Origin: a virus
Lineage: Duplodnaviria > Heunggongvirae > Uroviricota > Caudoviricetes
DNA length: 13,136 bases
IMG/VR virus record: IMGVR_UViG_2695420602_000002
Direction: 5' to 3' (one strand)
The notes under the pieces are model-generated. The model did no database searches. It saw nothing but the letters and a program-made list of their open reading frames with translations, and had not been told where the DNA came from. A program made the translations under genes and the position numbers. Positions 1 through 7,888 of the stretch are shown one piece after another. The stretch's first letter is position 1; each line of letters starts with the position of its first letter.

Positions 1-1260
1 ATGAAACTTACCGATCTCACGGTACGAAATGCCAAGCCTGATCAGGTCAACAATAAGATTAAGAAACTGAGCGATGGAAACGGGCTATATCTCGCTGTCT
101 ACCCCAATGGGTCGAAGTACTGGCGCTTTCGTAAAGTGATTAACAGTAAAGAAACAACTCGGGCTTTAGGCATCTACCCGGCCATGACACTGGCAGAGGC
201 CAGAAGTGCCAGAGACTCGTATTTGCTTGAGTTATCCAAAGGGATTGATCCCTTGCACACCATAAAGCCTAAAATAACCTCATTTGAGGAAGTTTCCAGA
301 GAGTGGCATACCAGAAAACGTGGATGGAGTGAACCACACGCTAAAAAAGTCCTCAAAGATTTAGAAAATCATATATTCCCTGAAATAGGCAAAAGAGCAG
401 TTAATGAAATAACAACTCAGGATTTATTAACACCCCTTAGAAAAATGGAGGATAAAGGAATACTGGAAACCGCTTCGCGTATCAAACAACGCATGAATGC
501 GATCATGCGCTATGCTGTACAAAGTGGAATAATTAAATATAACCCAGCACAAGAACTGGATGGCGCTTTAGAAACAAATAAAACAAAACACCGCCCCGCC
601 CTTCCTCTTGAACGCTTACCGGAATTATTAGATAAGATTGAAAATTACCATACTCAGTCACACGGGCGGCTATTAACTCAATTAGCTGTAAGACTTAACC
701 TCTTAATTTTTATTCGCTCCAGTGAACTTCGTTTTGCTCGCTGGAATGAAATAGACCTTGATAAATCTCAGTGGATTATTCCAGCGCAACGAGAAGAAGT
801 TAAAGATGTAAGGTTTTCATACCGTGGTGCAAAAATGAAAACGCCTCATACGGTTCCTCTTGCCACACAAGCAATAGAAACTCTAAAGGCAATAAAGGTA
901 ATTTCAGGTGATGAGATATTTGTTTTCCCCGGCGACCACTATCAATCAAAACCGATGAGTGAGAATACAATAAATAAAGCGTTGCGTAATATGGGATATG
1001 ACACGCAATCAGACGTTTGTGGACATGGTTTCCGCGCTATGGCCTGTGCAGCCCTCACGGAGTCTGGAAAGTGGTCAAGAGAAGCAGTAGAGCGTCAGAT
1101 GAGCCACAAAGAAAGAAACTCCGTCAGGGCTGCATATGTCCATCAAGCCGAACATATGGAAGAACGACGCCTGATGTTGCAATGGTGGGGAGACTATCTT
1201 GAGGCCTGCCAAACAGCTTATATTCCACCTTATAAATTTGAATGGTCTTCGAAAAAATGA
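1..1260 (+). CDS. int: P4-type tyrosine integrase (site-specific recombinase, phage integrase family), 419 aa
   Basis: Full-length ORF from the track. N-terminus (MKLTDLTVRNAKP...DGNGLYL) and C-terminal motifs (GHGFRA, HMEERRLMLQWW) match the P4/CP4-type integrase family as recalled. Position next to a tRNA-type att is typical. Confidence 0.9.
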   Translation: MKLTDLTVRNAKPDQVNNKIKKLSDGNGLYLAVYPNGSKYWRFRKVINSKETTRALGIYPAMTLAEARSARDSYLLELSKGIDPLHTIKPKITSFEEVSREWHTRKRGWSEPHAKKVLKDLENHIFPEIGKRAVNEITTQDLLTPLRKMEDKGILETASRIKQRMNAIMRYAVQSGIIKYNPAQELDGALETNKTKHRPALPLERLPELLDKIENYHTQSHGRLLTQLAVRLNLLIFIRSSELRFARWNEIDLDKSQWIIPAQREEVKDVRFSYRGAKMKTPHTVPLATQAIETLKAIKVISGDEIFVFPGDHYQSKPMSENTINKALRNMGYDTQSDVCGHGFRAMACAALTESGKWSREAVERQMSHKERNSVRAAYVHQAEHMEERRLMLQWWGDYLEACQTAYIPPYKFEWSSKK

Positions 1261-1330
1261 TTCTGTGGCGTAGTCAACTTGTGGACACGCCAAAATTTTA
1301 TGCATATAAAACAATTAGATAAAACCGCCA

Positions 1331-1350
1331 AAAGACACAATGTGTCTTTT
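1331..1350 (+). terminator. Weak hairpin downstream of int (AAAGACACA / TGTGTCTTT) followed by a T/A-rich tract
   Basis: 9-nt inverted repeat read directly from the sequence, 70 bp after the int stop. The U-tract is poor, so this is tentative. Confidence 0.25.
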
Positions 1351-1792
1351 ATTAAATAACTTATTGATTTTATTATACAAATCAACCCTTATTCCATTTT
1401 GGAATTAGTGATATTAGTTTCATTCAAAATTTAGCACTAATTTATTGACGAACATCACATTTATAAAGAAAATCTTTATGTTTCCACTTCAATCAGTAGA
1501 CACCTCACCGTTAAATAGAATGACTTTACGATCTACAATAATACACTACCAATCACTATGATATTTTCAAACCGCTTCTAACCGCTTAGAGCTGCTTATA
1601 TTGGTTTGGATTGGGTTCCGAAATTCGATTCATATGAGGACTGAAAAGTCAAATCACATCAATAAGCACCAATTTTACAAAACATCTTACCTTTGATTAT
1701 GATTTCCCTGTCCCGTAAGCCACCGTAAGATCTCATATGATCCACGTTGGGTTGCAAAAAAATGAACGAGCAATATTGTATAGGTGGCTCTT

Positions 1793-2014
1793 ATGTCATT
1801 ACCAACATCATCTAATGAATATAAAACACAGAAACTTATTAGACTTCCAAAGGTTATTGAAATAACTGGAAAGTCAAGAACACGTATTTATGAAGATATG
1901 AAAGCTAACCGCTTCCCTAAAGCAATTAAAACAGGGTCACGTTCAGTCGCCTGGGTTGAACAAGAAATTGCTGAATGGATAGAGGATAAGAAGAAGCAAC
2001 GATTTCAAAACTGA
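1793..2014 (+). CDS. alpA: AlpA-family (prophage CP4-57 regulatory protein-like) HTH transcriptional regulator / excision activator, 73 aa
   Basis: Core LIRLPKVIEITGKSRTRIYEDM...SVAWVEQEIAEWIE closely parallels E. coli AlpA (ILRLPAVIQKTGMARATIYDWL...SVGWIEAEIDEWL, recalled). ATG at 1793 preferred over the GTG at 1784 because AGGTGG lies 5 nt upstream. Confidence 0.88.
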   Translation: MSLPTSSNEYKTQKLIRLPKVIEITGKSRTRIYEDMKANRFPKAIKTGSRSVAWVEQEIAEWIEDKKKQRFQN

Positions 2015-2035
2015 CCATTTATATTTTCAGTCAAT

Positions 2036-2070
2036 AAAAAACGCCTGCGTTTTGCCGAACGAGGCGTTTT
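2036..2070 (+). terminator. Rho-independent terminator after alpA
   Basis: Stem ACGCCT(2041-2046)/AGGCGT(2062-2067) with an inner CGTT/AACG stem, flanked by an A-tract upstream and TTTT downstream. It sits 22 bp after the alpA stop. Confidence 0.6.
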
Positions 2071-2195
2071 AACTGAGTTAATATCTTAACAGGAATCCAG
2101 CAATGCTTTACTTACCGGAACAACACAATTGTATACGTTTTCTTCTGGCGCTTAAAGCGTTTGACAACAGAAGAAAAAATATTCACCGCAGCCTA

Positions 2196-2225
2196 TTGAC
2201 GTCCCACAATGTACTGTCGTATCGT
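2196..2225 (+). promoter_or_regulatory. Candidate sigma70 promoter (TTGACG-N18-TATCGT) driving the leader / small RNA
   Basis: -35 TTGACG at 2196-2201 and -10 TATCGT at 2220-2225, read from sequence. The 18-nt spacer is one longer than optimal. Confidence 0.3.
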
Positions 2226-2231
2226 TTAAGC

Positions 2232-2310
2232 GTTGCCCCTCAATGGGCAATCGGGCGTGGAAACCCGTATCAGTACAAGGCGACATCAGACGCCGATTGC
2301 GTCTTTTTTA
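2232..2310 (+). ncRNA. Candidate small structured RNA / attenuator leader ending in an intrinsic terminator (possible analogue of the P4 immunity CI RNA region)
   Basis: Hairpin TTGCCC-ctcaat-GGGCAA (2233-2250), hairpin CGGG/CCCG (2252-2267), then a terminator hairpin. Lies between alpA and the early operon. No convincing protein in this stretch. Confidence 0.3.
2288..2310 (+). terminator. Rho-independent terminator (AGACGC-cgatt-GCGTCT followed by TTTTTT)
   Basis: Perfect 6-bp GC-rich stem, 5-nt loop and T6 tract read directly. It lies inside the 199-aa track ORF 2103..2702, arguing against that ORF being one gene. Confidence 0.55.
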
Positions 2311-2504
2311 TTGTCGTTAAATCAGTGCCACCATATTCAGCGGAGCAGATCCGCGCAGTATCAATGGTGGCTCTGGCAGGGCAGCTTTCGGGCTGGCCGG
2401 TCTCCTTGTACGCCGGTATTTCCACCCCTGTCAGTGTCACCACCAATCATGAGCGTGGAAACTCCGGTGGTGACTCCTTAATTAAGTACAAGGAGATCAT
2501 CATT

Positions 2505-2702
2505 ATGATGACAACCCCTGCCCCATTGCATCCCCAATTTGTTTGGCTTTTTCTCGCTGTGCGCCGTTCTGACGTGTCCGCACGTCCACACCGTGAAGAA
2601 GTCACCGCCTCAACCTATCAGGCCGCACGCCGCGTTATAGCGCGTGAATTTATCGCCTCTTTTGCCGGTCGTCTGCCGGTTCGCGAGGTGGCCCATGTTT
2701 AA
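2505..2702 (+). CDS. Hypothetical small protein, 65 aa (early operon gene 1)
   Basis: ATG at 2505 preceded by AAGGAG with a 9-nt spacer. C-terminus ...REVAHV is shared with the next gene. Stop overlaps the next start in ATGTTTAA. Confidence 0.5.
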   Translation: MMTTPAPLHPQFVWLFLAVRRSDVSARPHREEVTASTYQAARRVIAREFIASFAGRLPVREVAHV

Positions 2703-2949
2703 CCCCCTTGATAACCAAAAAGCCGCAACACTTAACCCGTTCCATGATAACCACTACGCGCCGCCAGCTTTCATCAAGCCAGGTACAAAAGTAACGGTTG
2801 AAATAGATTCGCGTGAAATGGAGATCGCCATTTTTGCCGCTTACGATTACGGCCTTGACGCTTTGAACGATAAAGGGCGGGACGTCCTGAACCGCTTAAT
2901 TGCTGAATTAAAAGATCGGATAACAGCTCGTGAGGTGGCTCATGTTTAA
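2695..2949 (+). CDS. Hypothetical small protein, 84 aa (early operon gene 2)
   Basis: Internal ATG at 2695 preceded by GAGGTGG. Overlaps the previous stop, suggesting translational coupling. C-terminus ...AREVAHV. Confidence 0.6.
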   Translation: MFNPLDNQKAATLNPFHDNHYAPPAFIKPGTKVTVEIDSREMEIAIFAAYDYGLDALNDKGRDVLNRLIAELKDRITAREVAHV

Positions 2950-3133
2950 ACTGCTTATCACCCTGATTAATCACGAAGCTGGCGACCGGCGCGAACTGGT
3001 TCACATTGGCCGCTATAAAACCCGCGAAGCTGCATGGAAAGACGCGCAGAAAATGGCGTATATCCATAAGAATGCCATCGGCACCGTAACGCATGAATGT
3101 ATTGTGAAAATTGCGGAGGCCGGAAATGTATAA
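2942..3133 (+). CDS. Hypothetical small protein, 63 aa (early operon gene 3; paralog of gene 4)
   Basis: ATG at 2942 preceded by GAGGTGG. Begins MFKLLIT..., similar to the next gene (MYKLFIT...). Stop overlaps the next start. Confidence 0.55.
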   Translation: MFKLLITLINHEAGDRRELVHIGRYKTREAAWKDAQKMAYIHKNAIGTVTHECIVKIAEAGNV

Positions 3134-3320
3134 ACTGTTCATTACCTGCCGTAACGTTATTACTGGCGAAATACAAAATTATCAAAGCACGCAGGAATAT
3201 AAATCATCCGTTAAGGCGGTGAAAGCAGCCTGTAAAATGGCCGATGTTATTACCTGTAACGGGAAATATGCCGATGATAATGAATACACCGTAACAGTCG
3301 GGAAGGTGAAACATGGCTAA
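3126..3320 (+). CDS. Hypothetical small protein, 64 aa (early operon gene 4; paralog of gene 3)
   Basis: ATG at 3126 overlaps the previous stop in ATGTATAA. Shares the M-[FY]-K-L-x-I-T start and a KMA motif with gene 3. Confidence 0.55.
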   Translation: MYKLFITCRNVITGEIQNYQSTQEYKSSVKAVKAACKMADVITCNGKYADDNEYTVTVGKVKHG

Positions 3321-3546
3321 TATCTTTCGCGGTAAAGTAACAAGGAATAAATCTTATCAGGTTTCTGGTTATGCGGTGACGCGTAAAGGTTATACGCGCA
3401 GTGCACAGGTGACGGTTGAGGCGCTTAATCGCGATGATGCAATAATCCGGGCTACGGCCCAGCTACGTTGGGAAGGATTAACGCATTTTAAAGCGCTAAA
3501 GGTGCTGGAAATAATCACGCCATTATTTATTAATCAGAGCCGATAA
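3313..3546 (+). CDS. Hypothetical small protein, 77 aa (early operon gene 5)
   Basis: ATG at 3313 overlaps the previous stop in ATGGCTAA. GGAAGGTG lies upstream. Confidence 0.55.
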   Translation: MANIFRGKVTRNKSYQVSGYAVTRKGYTRSAQVTVEALNRDDAIIRATAQLRWEGLTHFKALKVLEIITPLFINQSR

Positions 3547-3623
3547 CACGTATTTAATCTGAGTCAGTTTAAACCGAATTAATTTTCGGGGGATGCCTTC
3601 ATCCGTCGAAAGAGGACTATGCC

Positions 3624-3887
3624 ATGACAACAAGTAATCATATTCAGAGTGTTAATCCGTCTCACCTCAGTATTGAGAATTATCACAAACTGAATCGCGC
3701 GAGGAATGTCGCATTTCAGATGCATTTACATATTCGCCAGTGTGAAGCTAACGCGATGCCACTCTTATGGATACCGGATATTTTCAGTTATATCAGTGAA
3801 GATATTTCATCAGTACTACAGGAAGTTAAACGCCTGGGGATTTGTGACAAATATCTGGGACATGCTGTACAAGAAGACAAAGAGTGA
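3624..3887 (+). CDS. Hypothetical protein, 87 aa, immediately upstream of the primase (position analogous to P4 epsilon/orf151; function unknown)
   Basis: ATG at 3624 with AAGAGGA 7 nt upstream. The alternative-frame ORF 3706..3903 lacks an RBS. Confidence 0.55.
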   Translation: MTTSNHIQSVNPSHLSIENYHKLNRARNVAFQMHLHIRQCEANAMPLLWIPDIFSYISEDISSVLQEVKRLGICDKYLGHAVQEDKE

Positions 3888-3926
3888 AATAAAAGCGCCG
3901 TGATGAGCGGCGCTTAAGGATTTTAT

Positions 3927-6596
3927 ATGAACAGAAAAGATCTACGCCCCGAAATCATAAAACGACTGGTGCATGATTACCAGTTTAAAGAGCAGAACGG
4001 CTATCTGCGCTCAGGTATTTGCCCTGAATGTAACAAGAAAGAACTCTTTACCAGCATGGAAAATCCTTGGGTGCTGCGCTGTGGCCGGGAAAATAATTGC
4101 GGCGCTGATCTGTCGGTAAAATCGCTCTATCCTGAATTATTTAACTCATGGTCAGATCGCTATGAGAGCACGCCTGAGCAGCCTTTTGCCGCTGCGGAAG
4201 CCTATCTGAGAGAAGCCAGAGGGCTGGATACTACCTGCTTAAAGGGCTGCTATACGCAGGAAAGCTACCATAAGGGCGGCATGGGAAGCGCAACGGTTCG
4301 CTTTGCCCTGTCTGATGGTATCTGGTGGGAGCGGATTATCGACAAGCCAGAACGCTTTGATCGAAAGGCTAACTTCCACGGTAAGTACGCCGGTCACTGG
4401 TGGGTTCCGCCAGCGCTGGATCTGGCTAAAGTCAGTTGTATCTGGCTAACTGAGGGGATTTTTGACGCCATTAGCCTTTATCAGAACGGCACCCCTGCCG
4501 TTTCCATTATGACTGCCGGAAACTACCCGGAAGCCGCGCTTAAAGCGCTTGCTGAACAATTCCAGGGCAAAGAAAAGCCGTTTCTTGTCTGGGCGCTGGA
4601 CAATGGGAAAGCAGGGGAAACAGCCATACGTCGCCATGTGGCGCGGAGCCGTGAACAAGGCTGGAAAGCCGTTGCCGCACTTCCTTCACAGGGGAGCAAT
4701 AAAGCTGACTGGAACGATCTCCACCTTACCGGAAAGCTGACCAGACGACACCAGAAAGAGTACCGCTATTACGGCGATCTGTTGCTGGCGGAAAGCGCCC
4801 GAGATAAGGCGCTTCGGATGTTTGAACATAATGAACGCCCTGAGTTTCACTTCGAATACGGGAACTGCGTGTACTGGTTTAAGCTGGACATTGAGCGCCA
4901 TATGAAGGCCGTTGAGCGTATCCTTAACGATAAAAAAGTTAATGATGAACGTGAAGCCAGAAGTATTGCATTGAAAGAGTCTGGAGCAATTAAGGAAATA
5001 GCCAATTGTCACCCCGCACCGCTGTATTTTATGCGTTCAGAAGTTACAGACGAGTCCTGGTATTATTTTCGCATCGCCTTTCCAGGCAATACACCCGCAG
5101 TGAAAGACTCCTTTACCGCGGGGCAGATCTCTTCTGCGTCTGAGTTTAAAAAGCGTCTCCTCCATGTGGCAAAAGGTGCGCTCTATACCGGAACCAGCCA
5201 GCAGCTCGATGGTCTGATTAAAAAGGATCTGCCCCGGATCAAAGAGGTCAGGACGCAGGACTTTATTGGGTATAACAGGGACTGGCGGGCATGGGTATTC
5301 AATAAGCTGGCGATACATAACGGGAAGGTCTACTCCTTGAACAGCGAAGATTACTTTGAGATTGGTGGGATGAATATCAAGACACTGAGCCGATCCCCGT
5401 TAATCAATATCAATTCTGATGATAATTCGCTTTCGTCAGGCTGGGCCGATGATATCTGGACGGCTTTTGGTGAAAATGGCTATGTCGCGCTGGCATTCTG
5501 GCTGGGAACATTCTTCGTTGAACAGATACGCGAACAGCAGGCCAGCTTTCCCTTTCTGGAGATTATCGGTGAACCGGGAACAGGTAAATCCACGCTGATT
5601 GATTTTCTCTGGCGGCTCTGTGGCAGGGACAGCTATGAGGGAATTGACCCTTCAAAGGGTTCTGTTGCGGGCATTTATCGTAACTTCGCCCAGGTCTCAA
5701 ACCTTCCCGTCGTGCTGCTTGAAGGCGATCGCGCCCAAGACACGAAGAAGCTGCGCGGCTTTGACTTCGATGAGCTAAAACCGCTCTACAACGGGCGCGG
5801 ATTACGGGCGATTGGTGTTAAGACCAACAACAATGAAACCAGAGAGCCGCCATTCAGGGGCAGCATTGTCATCGCGCAGAATGCCACCGTTAACGCCTCA
5901 CCTGCGATACTGGAACGTATTATCCATGTGTTTACGGATAAACGCCGTCAGTCATCGCTGACCAGGGCGGCGGCTGAACGCCTTGAGCGTCTGCCGGTCG
6001 ATCAGGTATCTGGTTTTATGATCCGGGCGGTATGCAGGGAAAGCGCAGTATTGTCGATTATTCAGGAGGTGTATGAGGCCGAAAAAATCAGGCTGGAACA
6101 ACACTCTGAAATTCGTCATATCCGAATTGCCAAAAATCATGCCCAGATGATTGCATGTGTAAGGGCGCTGACCTGTGTTCTGGATATTCCCGCAGAACGC
6201 CTCGATCGCACCTGTGAACAGCTTACTGTGATGGCGGTGGAGCGGGTTAAATCGCTGGAAGCGGATATCCCTGTGGTTCGTGAGTTCTGGGATGCCTTTG
6301 ATTATCTGAATAGCCTGGAGCGTTTCGGCGTCAACCATTTTGGGAAAGAGAATCGCGACGAGATCGCCATTAACTTCCCTCACCTGATGCGTATAGCTGC
6401 TATGCAGCGTGTAAATATTCCCCCGGCGAAAGAAATTCAGGATTACCTGAAAAACGGGCGTATGCGGCCGTGTACGGGCCAGAAGACGGTAAGAAGTGAG
6501 GTTTCCAGACTGGCAAATCAGGGGCGTGGAGAGGCTGGCCCGAAAGAGCCTGAGCAGGTGAAATGCTGGATTTTTAAAGTGCCGGCCGCTCAGTAG
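3927..6596 (+). CDS. Bifunctional DNA primase-helicase (P4 alpha-like): N-terminal Zn-ribbon, TOPRIM-like region, C-terminal P-loop NTPase; 889 aa
   Basis: Cys cluster CPEC...RCGRENNCG near the N-terminus. TOPRIM-like IWLTEGIFDAISL and VWALDNGKAGE. Walker A GEPGTGKS and Walker B-like VVLLEGD. RBS AAGGA 8 nt upstream. Confidence 0.82.
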   Translation: MNRKDLRPEIIKRLVHDYQFKEQNGYLRSGICPECNKKELFTSMENPWVLRCGRENNCGADLSVKSLYPELFNSWSDRYESTPEQPFAAAEAYLREARGLDTTCLKGCYTQESYHKGGMGSATVRFALSDGIWWERIIDKPERFDRKANFHGKYAGHWWVPPALDLAKVSCIWLTEGIFDAISLYQNGTPAVSIMTAGNYPEAALKALAEQFQGKEKPFLVWALDNGKAGETAIRRHVARSREQGWKAVAALPSQGSNKADWNDLHLTGKLTRRHQKEYRYYGDLLLAESARDKALRMFEHNERPEFHFEYGNCVYWFKLDIERHMKAVERILNDKKVNDEREARSIALKESGAIKEIANCHPAPLYFMRSEVTDESWYYFRIAFPGNTPAVKDSFTAGQISSASEFKKRLLHVAKGALYTGTSQQLDGLIKKDLPRIKEVRTQDFIGYNRDWRAWVFNKLAIHNGKVYSLNSEDYFEIGGMNIKTLSRSPLININSDDNSLSSGWADDIWTAFGENGYVALAFWLGTFFVEQIREQQASFPFLEIIGEPGTGKSTLIDFLWRLCGRDSYEGIDPSKGSVAGIYRNFAQVSNLPVVLLEGDRAQDTKKLRGFDFDELKPLYNGRGLRAIGVKTNNNETREPPFRGSIVIAQNATVNASPAILERIIHVFTDKRRQSSLTRAAAERLERLPVDQVSGFMIRAVCRESAVLSIIQEVYEAEKIRLEQHSEIRHIRIAKNHAQMIACVRALTCVLDIPAERLDRTCEQLTVMAVERVKSLEADIPVVREFWDAFDYLNSLERFGVNHFGKENRDEIAINFPHLMRIAAMQRVNIPPAKEIQDYLKNGRMRPCTGQKTVRSEVSRLANQGRGEAGPKEPEQVKCWIFKVPAAQ

Positions 6597-6611
6597 CAGA
6601 GGAACAATAGT

Positions 6612-7592
6612 ATGACCATTAAAAAACGGGCTGACGGGCGTTATGAAGTCGATATTTATGCCAGAGGGCGCAGCGGTAAGCGCTTTCGCAGGATTTTTGA
6701 CAGAAAGCAGGAGGCAGCGCTCTTTGAACGGTATGTTATGGCGAATGCCGATAAAAAAGAGTGGTTGGGCGCCAGCACCGATCGGCGTACTCTCAGCGAG
6801 CTGCTAAACATCTGGTGGCTGCTGTATGGCCGGACGCTGGAGAACGGAAACGCCGAAAAACGACACCTAGATAAAACGATCAGAGCCCTGGGCAACCCGG
6901 CAGTTAACCGGCTGACTAAACGAATCATCGCGCAGCATCGCAGCGAGCGGCTGGATTCAGGGATCAGCACGGCCACCGTCAACCGTGATATATATCGCCT
7001 TTCGGGTATGTTCAGCGCCCTGATAAAACTGGATGAATTCAAGGCTGATAACCCCTGTAAAGGGCTGGAGCCATTGAGGGAGAAACCAGCAGCAATGACC
7101 TACCTTACTAAATCGGAAATCAGTCGATTATTGAATACCCTTACAGGTGACGATCGCCGTGTTGCTCTTTTGTGCCTCAGCACCGGCGCACGCTGGGGAG
7201 AAGGCAGCACACTGCGGGGAGAGCAGATTAACCACGGACGCGTAACTTTTCTTAAAACCAAAAACGGGAAGAGGCGCACGATCCCAATATCGGATGAACT
7301 GGAAAAAGAGATCAAAACCCGCGATTGCGGGCCGCTGTTCAGCGTTGACTATGAAGCCTTTTGCGGGCGGCTTAGGGAGGTTAAGCCGGACCTGCCGCGC
7401 GGGCAGGCTACGCATGTGCTTCGCCATACGTTTGCAAGCTGGTTCATGATGAACGGGGGCAATATTATCGCCTTACAACAAATTCTTGGTCACGCCAGTA
7501 TCCAGCAGACGATGGTTTATGCGCATGTTGCGCCTGACTATCTGCAACACGCCGTTTCACTCAATCCCCTTTCTGGCGGAATCAGCCTCTGA
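6612..7592 (+). CDS. Second tyrosine recombinase / integrase-family protein with an arm-type N-terminal domain, 326 aa
   Basis: C-terminal catalytic signature HVLRHTFAS ... LGHASIQQTMVYAHV (R, H-x-x-R, H, Y). GAGGAA RBS upstream. Starts 16 bp after the primase stop on the same strand. Confidence 0.78.
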   Translation: MTIKKRADGRYEVDIYARGRSGKRFRRIFDRKQEAALFERYVMANADKKEWLGASTDRRTLSELLNIWWLLYGRTLENGNAEKRHLDKTIRALGNPAVNRLTKRIIAQHRSERLDSGISTATVNRDIYRLSGMFSALIKLDEFKADNPCKGLEPLREKPAAMTYLTKSEISRLLNTLTGDDRRVALLCLSTGARWGEGSTLRGEQINHGRVTFLKTKNGKRRTIPISDELEKEIKTRDCGPLFSVDYEAFCGRLREVKPDLPRGQATHVLRHTFASWFMMNGGNIIALQQILGHASIQQTMVYAHVAPDYLQHAVSLNPLSGGISL

Positions 7593-7595
7593 ATG

Positions 7596-7620
7596 ACCGG
7601 CTGACGGGCCGGTTTACCCC
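7596..7620 (+). terminator. Possible terminator hairpin after the recombinase (ACCGGC-tgacgg-GCCGGT, then TT..CCCCTTT)
   Basis: 6-bp GC stem starting 4 bp after the stop codon. The U-tract is interrupted, so support is modest. Confidence 0.3.
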
Positions 7621-7888
7621 TTTCCCTCGTAGCGTAGATATATTCCCTTCGTTTTTAGCTGTTCTGCATTACGCCCTCATCGCCCGGATCACCGTCGTTT
7701 CTGACCGTTCTGCAGCACGGTTAAAAATGACTGTACTCGATGTATGGCCAGCACTGCCGTAAGTGGCAGTGTTTGCCGGAGTGGAGCCATTGCCGGACAT
7801 TTGGCGAAATGACAAAACATTTAACAGAAAAGAAGCCTTTTTTAAAAAAAAGCAGATTTTCCAGAATTTGAGGGGGGGGATCGGAAAC

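Noticed and set aside
174-1314. Short ORFs inside or antisense to int (174..356 -, 1017..1202 +, 1075..1314 -)
   Set aside because: Shadow ORFs within a well-supported integrase gene.
1752-1779. Possible alpA promoter TTGCAA-N16-TATTGT
   Set aside because: The predicted transcript start would fall within or after the Shine-Dalgarno of alpA, leaving almost no leader. The true promoter is probably further upstream, so it is not reported as a feature.
2233-2481. 82-aa ORF in an alternative frame of the leader
   Set aside because: No RBS, low-complexity P/S/R-rich translation, and it overlaps the predicted RNA structures. Treated as non-coding.
2103-2702. 199-aa track ORF spanning the leader and the first early gene
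   Set aside because: It contains a canonical intrinsic terminator (2288-2310) and several strong hairpins. Its N-terminal 134 residues look non-protein-like, and a good RBS precedes the internal ATG at 2505. Only 2505..2702 is kept as a CDS.
3706-3903. 65-aa ORF overlapping the 87-aa gene in another frame
   Set aside because: No RBS, and it overlaps a better-supported ORF with a strong SD.
4446-7427. Minus-strand and alternative-frame ORFs inside the primase and recombinase genes (4446..4658, 4549..4740, 4686..5012, 5037..5318, 5952..6383, 6656..7042, 7100..7315, 7128..7427)
   Set aside because: All lie within long, motif-supported plus-strand genes and have no independent start signals. 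Typical antisense shadow ORFs.
7872-7879. G8 homopolymer as a phase-variable coding switch
   Set aside because: It lies in intergenic DNA, not inside a CDS. Kept only as a possible modulator within the ori finding.
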